Below are positions 6,850-12,015 of a stretch of DNA of 12,015 bases, in pieces. Every line of letters begins with the position of its first letter. Positions within the stretch are counted from its first letter, which is position 1. A program made the position numbers and the translations under genes. The notes under the pieces were generated by a model. The model did no database searches. It had not been told where the DNA came from and saw nothing but the letters and a program-made list of their open reading frames with translations. This stretch comes from Armatimonadota bacterium (lineage in GTDB: Bacteria; Sysuimicrobiota; Sysuimicrobiia; Sysuimicrobiales; Humicultoraceae): assembly GCA_052386995.1 (NCBI GenBank), contig JBQTJP010000237.1, forward strand, positions 1-12,015, given 5' to 3'.

Positions 6850-8451
6850 GTGGTCATTGAGGAAGGCGTCCGTAGCCGCCAGGGGCTGGAGAGCCAGGGC
6901 ATTCATCCGGAGATGGTCGGGTGGAATCTGACGACCCCCGCGCTCTACGAGCACGCCGTGCGCCGTCGGGAAGCCCTCATCGCTCAGGGCGGGCCTATCG
7001 TCGCGCGCACCGGCCACCATACCGGCCGCTCGCCGCAGGACAAGTTCATCGTGCGGGAGCCTTCCAGCGAGGAACGGATCTGGTGGGGAAAGCACAATCG
7101 GGCGATTGAGCCCGGCTCGTTCGACCGTCTGCACCGCCGGATGCTCGCCTGGCTGCGCGGCAAAGAGCTCTTCGTGCAGGACCTCTTCGTCGGGGCTGAC
7201 CCACGGTACCGCCGGGCGGTGCGCGTGATCACGGAGTACGCCTGGCACAGCCTCTTTGCGCGCACGATGTTCATCGTGCCCGATGAGGTCGCGCTGCCGC
7301 AGCACGTTCCCGAGTTCACGATTATCGACGCGCCGGGGTTCCACGCGATTCCCGAGGAGGAGGCCACACGCACCGAGGTCTTCATCCTGATGAACCTGGC
7401 GAAGAAGCTTGTCCTCATCGGCGGCAGCGAATACGCTGGCGAAATCAAAAAGTCGGTGTTCACGCTGATGAATTATCTGTTGCCGCTGCAGGACGTCCTT
7501 CCGATGCACTGCTCGGCGAACGTCGGCCCCCGCGGCGATACGGCGCTGTTCTTCGGCCTGTCGGGGACCGGCAAAACGACGCTGTCTTCCGATCCCGAGC
7601 GCACGCTGATCGGGGACGATGAGCACGGCTGGTCCGACCGCGGGATTTTCAATTTCGAAGGCGGCTGCTACGCGAAGACCATCCGGCTCTCGCCCGAGGG
7701 CGAACCGGAGATCTATCGCACGACGCGCGTGTTCGGGACGGTGCTGGAGAACGTCGTCATCGATCCCATCACCCGCGTGCTCGATCTCGACGACGAGTCG
7801 CTCACCGAAAACACGCGTGCCGCGTACCCGCTCTCGTTCATCCCCAACGCGTCGACGACGGGCGTCGCGGGACACCCGCGGTCGATTGTCTTTCTGACCG
7901 CCGACGCCTTCGGCGTCATGCCGCCGATCTCACGCCTCTCGCCCGAGCAGGCGATGTATCACTTCCTCAGCGGGTACACGGCAAAGGTCGCGGGGACCGA
8001 GAAGGGCGTGACCGGTTCCCAGGCGACCTTTAGTCCGTGTTTCGGCGCCCCGTTCATGGCGCTGCGGCCCACCGTGTACGCGGACATGCTCGGCAAACGC
8101 GTCGCCCAACACAATACCGCGGTGTGGATGGTCAATACCGGATGGATCGGCGGGGCCGCGGGTGACGTGCCCCGGATAAAGCTGGCGCACACACGCACCA
8201 TGGTGCGCGCCGCGCTTGCCGGGGGGCTGAACAACGTTCCAATGGTGGCAGATCCGATGTTTGGCGTGCGGGTACCGACCCAGGTGCCGGGTGTCCCATC
8301 CGAGATACTGCAGCCGCGTGGGGCGTGGCGGGATCCGGCGGCGTACGAGACGACGGCCAAGAACCTCGCACGCATGTTCGCGCAGGCGTTCGAAGAGTTC
8401 GCGTCCGACGTTCCCGCGGCCGTGGGCGCCGCCGGCCCCAGGACCGACTGA
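6850..8451 (+). CDS. pckA: Phosphoenolpyruvate carboxykinase (ATP), 533 aa
   Basis: TGRSPQDKFIV, YAGEIKKSVF, MHCSAN, P-loop FFGLSGTGKTTLS, LIGDDEHGW, NFEGGCYAK, ENTRAAYP and FLTADAFGVMPP. GTG start with GGAGG at 6836-6840. Confidence 0.98.
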   Translation: MVIEEGVRSRQGLESQGIHPEMVGWNLTTPALYEHAVRRREALIAQGGPIVARTGHHTGRSPQDKFIVREPSSEERIWWGKHNRAIEPGSFDRLHRRMLAWLRGKELFVQDLFVGADPRYRRAVRVITEYAWHSLFARTMFIVPDEVALPQHVPEFTIIDAPGFHAIPEEEATRTEVFILMNLAKKLVLIGGSEYAGEIKKSVFTLMNYLLPLQDVLPMHCSANVGPRGDTALFFGLSGTGKTTLSSDPERTLIGDDEHGWSDRGIFNFEGGCYAKTIRLSPEGEPEIYRTTRVFGTVLENVVIDPITRVLDLDDESLTENTRAAYPLSFIPNASTTGVAGHPRSIVFLTADAFGVMPPISRLSPEQAMYHFLSGYTAKVAGTEKGVTGSQATFSPCFGAPFMALRPTVYADMLGKRVAQHNTAVWMVNTGWIGGAAGDVPRIKLAHTRTMVRAALAGGLNNVPMVADPMFGVRVPTQVPGVPSEILQPRGAWRDPAAYETTAKNLARMFAQAFEEFASDVPAAVGAAGPRTD

Positions 8452-8460
8452 CCGGCCCCG

Positions 8461-9549
8461 ATGGGCGTGCACACGCGCATCGGTGTCCTGACCGGCGGCG
8501 GCGACTGCCCCGGGCTCAACGCAGTCATTCGAGCCGTCGTGCTCTCGGCCATCGGACACGGCTGGGACGTGCTTGGGATCGAGGACGGCTTCGATGGCCT
8601 GCTGCACGAACGTACCCGTCCGCTCAACCGTGAGGACGTACGCGGCATCCTGACCCACGGCGGCACGATACTAGGCACGTCCAACCGCGGCAACCCCTTT
8701 GCCTGGTCGATCGAGCGCGACGGCCGCACCGAGGTTATTGACGCGTCCCGCACGGTACTTGAGCGCCTGGACGCCCTGAACCTTGATGCGCTGGTGGTGA
8801 TCGGGGGCGACGGCACGCTGCACATCGCGCATCTGCTGCACGAGATGGGCGCGCCGATCGTAGGCATTCCCAAGACTATCGACAACGACATCGCCGCCAC
8901 CGACGTGACGTTCGGCTTTGATACGGCGTTTGAGACCGCCACGGAGGCGATCGACAAGTTGCACTCGACGGCCGAGAGCCATCACCGGGTCATGGTGGTG
9001 GAGACGATGGGCCGCAACGCGGGGTGGATTGCGCTGGAGTCGGGGCTCGCCGGCGGCGCGAACTCGGTCCTCATCCCGGAGATCCCGTTTCAACTGCACG
9101 CCGTCGAAAGGACGATCGGGGAGCGCGCGGGGCGGGGACGGCCCTTCTCGATCGTGGTCGTCGCTGAGGGTGCGCACCCGGTCGGCGGGACGCAGGTGTA
9201 CCAGGACACGGGCGGGCCCGGGAAGCTGCCCCGGCTGGGCGGCATCGGCGTCCAGGTTGCCAACACGCTCGCCGCCGCAACCGGCCGCGAGACCCGCTGC
9301 ACAGTCCTCGGCCACCTTCAGCGGGGGGGAAGCCCCACTCCATTTGATCGGCTGCTGGCCACGCGTTTTGGGGTGCTCTCTGTGGAATGCATAGCCGAAG
9401 GGCGCACCGGCCGCATGGTCGCGCTGCGTGGCACGACCGTAATTGACGTCCCGATCGCCGAGGCCGTGGCCGAGCCGAAGCGTGTTTCTCCTGACGGCGA
9501 GCTCGTGCGCGCGGCTCGAGAACTCGGGATCTCGATGGGTGAGGCTTAG
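8461..9549 (+). CDS. pfkA: 6-phosphofructokinase (PfkA family, group III-like), 362 aa
   Basis: IGVLTGGGDCPGLNAVIRAVV, GGTILGTSN, IGGDGT, PKTIDND, TFGFDTA, VETMGRNAGWIA, VVAEGA and LGHLQRGG. It starts 9 nt after the pckA stop. Confidence 0.96.
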   Translation: MGVHTRIGVLTGGGDCPGLNAVIRAVVLSAIGHGWDVLGIEDGFDGLLHERTRPLNREDVRGILTHGGTILGTSNRGNPFAWSIERDGRTEVIDASRTVLERLDALNLDALVVIGGDGTLHIAHLLHEMGAPIVGIPKTIDNDIAATDVTFGFDTAFETATEAIDKLHSTAESHHRVMVVETMGRNAGWIALESGLAGGANSVLIPEIPFQLHAVERTIGERAGRGRPFSIVVVAEGAHPVGGTQVYQDTGGPGKLPRLGGIGVQVANTLAAATGRETRCTVLGHLQRGGSPTPFDRLLATRFGVLSVECIAEGRTGRMVALRGTTVIDVPIAEAVAEPKRVSPDGELVRAARELGISMGEA

Positions 9550-9565
9550 TGAGGAGTTGCGACCC

Positions 9566-9799
9566 ATGGCCAATGGCCGCGATACATGTAGTCGTGATCC
9601 CAAAGACGCATGTCCCCTCGATTCTCGATCCAACCGCGCTCGATGTGCGTTGCTTTCTTCTATGGTCCGGGGCATCCAGGAGGCCGCGCGAGGACTCGGC
9701 CTGGATCAGCAGGGATTCTACGTGCGGGCGAATGCAGCCGCGCCGGTCGTCACTCCCCACATGCACTGGCACGTGCGGGGCCCTGGTGTTCCGGAGTAG
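9566..9799 (+). pseudogene. HIT (histidine triad) family protein remnant, split across two frames and lacking the N-terminal region
   Basis: One frame (9570-9644) gives PMAAIHVVVIPKTHVPSILDPTALD, matching HIT 'P.APVHVLVIPKKH'. Another frame (9647-9799) gives ALLSSMVRGIQEAARGLGLDQQGFYVRANAAAPVVTPHMHWHVRGPGVPE*, containing the HxHxH triad. The junction GAT-GT-GCG suggests a 1-nt loss. GAGGAG RBS at 9551-9556 precedes ATG 9566. Confidence 0.75.
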
Positions 9800-9837
9800 C
9801 GTCTGTCATAGTCACGAAGGCGAGGTAGCCAGGCATC

Positions 9838-10881
9838 GTGAGGATCGAGCCCTTTGATCGCAAAGGGGCGAGTGACCACCAGTATGCTGCGCTCAACGCC
9901 TTCCGCAACCGGATGCGCGCCGAGCGTCTCCCTGGTGATCCACCCATCCCTCTTGACGAACACGTCCGCCGCTGGCAAAGCACTCCTGCCTTCGTCGCGG
10001 TGCACGTATGGAACGTGTGGCGGGAAGACAGTTCGGAAATCATCGCCGCTGGCGAGGCGGAGTTCCTTCACACAGCCGAAAACCGTCACCTGATGGAGTT
10101 TGGTATTGACGTGCTACCGGAGGTACGCCGGCAGGGCATCGGCCGACGTTTGCTTTCACTGATTGCGGAGGTAGCGCATCGGGAACAGAGGACCCTCTTG
10201 ATCACCGCGACGAGCGGAAACATTCCTGCCGGTGAGGCGTTCATGAAGCGCCTGGGAGCCCGCATGGGGTTGACCTTGCCCACCCATCAGTTGGTTCTTC
10301 AGGACCTCAATCGCGATCTGCTTAGGCAGTGGCAGGCCCGTGCCAGGGAACGAGCATCGGAATTCGCACTGGACCTCTGGACTGATGAGATTCCCGAAGA
10401 ACACATCCAGGCCTTTGCAACGCTATTCGAGGTCATGAACCTCGCACCGCGTGGCGACCTGGAGGTTGAGGACTTCCACTGGACCCCAGAGCACCTTCGG
10501 GAATCCCAGCGATCCGACCGCGCCCGGGGGGCGCAGAGCTGGATCATGGTTGTGTGCGAACGGGAGACTGGTGCCCTCGCCGGGTTCACCCAGGTGGTCT
10601 GGCATCCCAACAGGCCGGAAAACCTGGATCAACGCAGCACTGCGGTCCTGCCGCAGTACCAAAATCGTGGACTCGGGCGCTGGCTGAAGGCCGCCATGCT
10701 GGAAAGGGTACTGCGGGAACGTCCCCAGGTGAAGCGTGTCCGCACTGGCAATGCGGATGCCAACGCCCCGATGCTGCGCATCAATCAGCAACTGGGATTC
10801 AAGCTCTTCGAGTCACGCTACGTCTGGCAGGTCGAGACCGAAAAGGTTCAAGCCTACCTGAGCCGACACGTCCAGACGTAG
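9838..10881 (+). CDS. GNAT family N-acetyltransferase with tandem GNAT domains, 347 aa
   Basis: Two acetyl-CoA-binding motifs, VLPEVRRQGIGRRLL and TAVLPQYQNRGLGRWLKAAML, plus C-terminal TGNADANAPMLRINQQLGF. GTG start with GAGGT upstream. Confidence 0.92.
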   Translation: MRIEPFDRKGASDHQYAALNAFRNRMRAERLPGDPPIPLDEHVRRWQSTPAFVAVHVWNVWREDSSEIIAAGEAEFLHTAENRHLMEFGIDVLPEVRRQGIGRRLLSLIAEVAHREQRTLLITATSGNIPAGEAFMKRLGARMGLTLPTHQLVLQDLNRDLLRQWQARARERASEFALDLWTDEIPEEHIQAFATLFEVMNLAPRGDLEVEDFHWTPEHLRESQRSDRARGAQSWIMVVCERETGALAGFTQVVWHPNRPENLDQRSTAVLPQYQNRGLGRWLKAAMLERVLRERPQVKRVRTGNADANAPMLRINQQLGFKLFESRYVWQVETEKVQAYLSRHVQT

Positions 10882-10882
10882 T

Positions 10883-11464
10883 TCAGCTCGACATCCGGCT
10901 TCTGAGCCTCTTGAATGCGGCTGGCGGGGTCTTGTCTTCGATCCGCTCCTTGATTCGACGAGCGCACTCTTCCGGGCTGGTCGTAGACGTATCCACCTCC
11001 ATGTCATAGATGCCATGCGCATGAACGATGCCAAACTGCTTGCTGGCCTGACCCCATGTGCGATCCTTGCGGGCCTTCTCTCGTTTCTTGAGGACCTCCA
11101 GCGGGCAGTGAACGGCAACAAAATACGTCGGCAGATCGCTAAACAGACGAGCGCATTCGTCCAACCATTGTGGATCCACCAGCACGTGGTCGGCGATGAC
11201 GTTGTTGCCGGCTCTCGAGAGCGCCGCTATCGCGTGGTGCATCCCGGACATCAGTCGCTGACCGACGAGCCCGGCCTCAGTGGCACGACCTAGAACCTCA
11301 TCCCACAGCGGCCGGTCAAGAAAGCGCGCGGGAAGCATCCAGAGAAACCTATCGATACCGGCGTGCAGATACGGGTCTTCCAGGATCTTTTGGAGGGCGC
11401 CTACGATGCTCGTCTTTCCAGAACTGGAAGTTCCATTCAGGAGGACGATCTTTCCAGGAGCCAT
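10883..11464 (-). CDS. Chloramphenicol phosphotransferase (CPT)-like P-loop kinase, 193 aa
   Basis: IVLLNGTSSSGKTSI..ALQ, GIDRF, GNNVIADHV, FVAVHCPLEVLKKREKARKDR..GQA..Q...VH....YDMEVDTSTTSPEECA is the CPT-family pattern. The real substrate is unknown. Confidence 0.88.
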   Translation of the reverse strand: MAPGKIVLLNGTSSSGKTSIVGALQKILEDPYLHAGIDRFLWMLPARFLDRPLWDEVLGRATEAGLVGQRLMSGMHHAIAALSRAGNNVIADHVLVDPQWLDECARLFSDLPTYFVAVHCPLEVLKKREKARKDRTWGQASKQFGIVHAHGIYDMEVDTSTTSPEECARRIKERIEDKTPPAAFKRLRSRMSS

Positions 11465-11476
11465 GGGGCTCTAGCC

Positions 11477-12015
11477 CTACTTGATCAACCGTCGGCGCAT
11501 GAGCGCGATCGGCGCCGGAAAGAGGGCTGCGGTAACCACCAGCATCCACACCAGGTCCCAGGCGTGGCGGGGCTCCAGCCTCCCCAGGGCGAGCGCGCGG
11601 GCCAGCGACACCACGTGCGAGAGCGGGGTCAGCCAGGCGAGTGTGCTGACCCAGCCCGGCAGGGCATCAAGTGGAAAGAAGACCCCGCTGAACATGAACA
11701 TCGGGGTGATGAACAAGGCGAAGTAGAACGTGAAGTAGTCGATGCTGGGGTTGACGGCCGTGAATGTCATTGCGATGACCGAGAACATCAGCCCGGAGAT
11801 CGCGAAGAGCAGCGGGATCAGCAGCGCGAGCGGTGACCGCACTGTCCCAAAGAGCGTGATGACGATCAGGAAGATCGTGCCGTACAGCACGCTGCGGGTC
11901 GCGCCCCAGAAGATCTCGCCGACCACGACGTCCTCGACCCCGATCGGTGTCGTGATGACCCCATCGTAGGCCTTCTCGTAGTACATCTGGACATACGCGT
12001 TGTACGTGCACTCAA
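11477..12015 (-). CDS. ABC-2 type exporter permease (NodJ-like); 5' end outside the window
   Basis: The frame is open to the window edge: ECTYNAYVQMYYEKAYDGVITTPIGVEDVVVGEIFWGATRS...ITPMFMFSGVFFPLDALPGWV..LAWLTPLSHVVSLARAL...RRRLIK*. The ORF-track M at 11986 is internal. Confidence 0.9.
   Translation of the reverse strand, partial: ECTYNAYVQMYYEKAYDGVITTPIGVEDVVVGEIFWGATRSVLYGTIFLIVITLFGTVRSPLALLIPLLFAISGLMFSVIAMTFTAVNPSIDYFTFYFALFITPMFMFSGVFFPLDALPGWVSTLAWLTPLSHVVSLARALALGRLEPRHAWDLVWMLVVTAALFPAPIALMRRRLIK

Noticed and set aside
6811..6850. The lyase's final TGA (6811-6813) is in frame with pckA, with 12 open codons between, so a second readthrough would make a lyase-PckA fusion
   Set aside because: There is no convincing SECIS after this TGA (only a weak GTTC/GAAC pairing). 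The lyase ends at a natural-looking FWxL terminus, pckA has its own GGAGG RBS, and a shared frame happens one time in three by chance.
6585..6860. ORF 6585..6860 (+, 91 aa) as a separate gene coupled to a short merB
   Set aside because: The translation is Arg/Pro-rich with no recognisable family and overlaps pckA. The MerB-like C-terminus is in the readthrough frame instead.
6589..9772. Long minus-strand ORFs (6589..7875, 7930..8658, 7959..8957, 8671..9675, 9071..9772)
   Set aside because: Antisense shadows of pckA and pfkA with no independent protein motifs.

Overview
High-GC bacterial chromosomal window with no mobile element, CRISPR array or RNA gene that I can support. It contains, in order: a glucose-type ABC substrate-binding protein (minus strand, partial, missing from the ORF track); an SDR - SRPBCC - SAM methyltransferase cluster in which the methyltransferase is broken by an internal deletion; a minus-strand operon of MFS transporter, signal-less BtuF-like protein and PHP/HisJ-family phosphatase; a divergent MerB (organomercurial lyase)-like gene; pckA; pfkA; a broken HIT gene; a tandem GNAT; a chloramphenicol-phosphotransferase-like kinase; and a partial NodJ-like ABC-2 permease. 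The main result concerns the MerB-like gene. The apparent stop at 6586-6588 (TGA) lies at the position of MerB's second catalytic cysteine. The frame continues for 74 more MerB-like codons to 6813, and a bacterial-SECIS-like hairpin sits 10 nt after the TGA. The gene most likely encodes a 230-aa selenocysteine-containing organometallic lyase, with no mer operon genes in the window. All family assignments are from motif recognition, not database searches.
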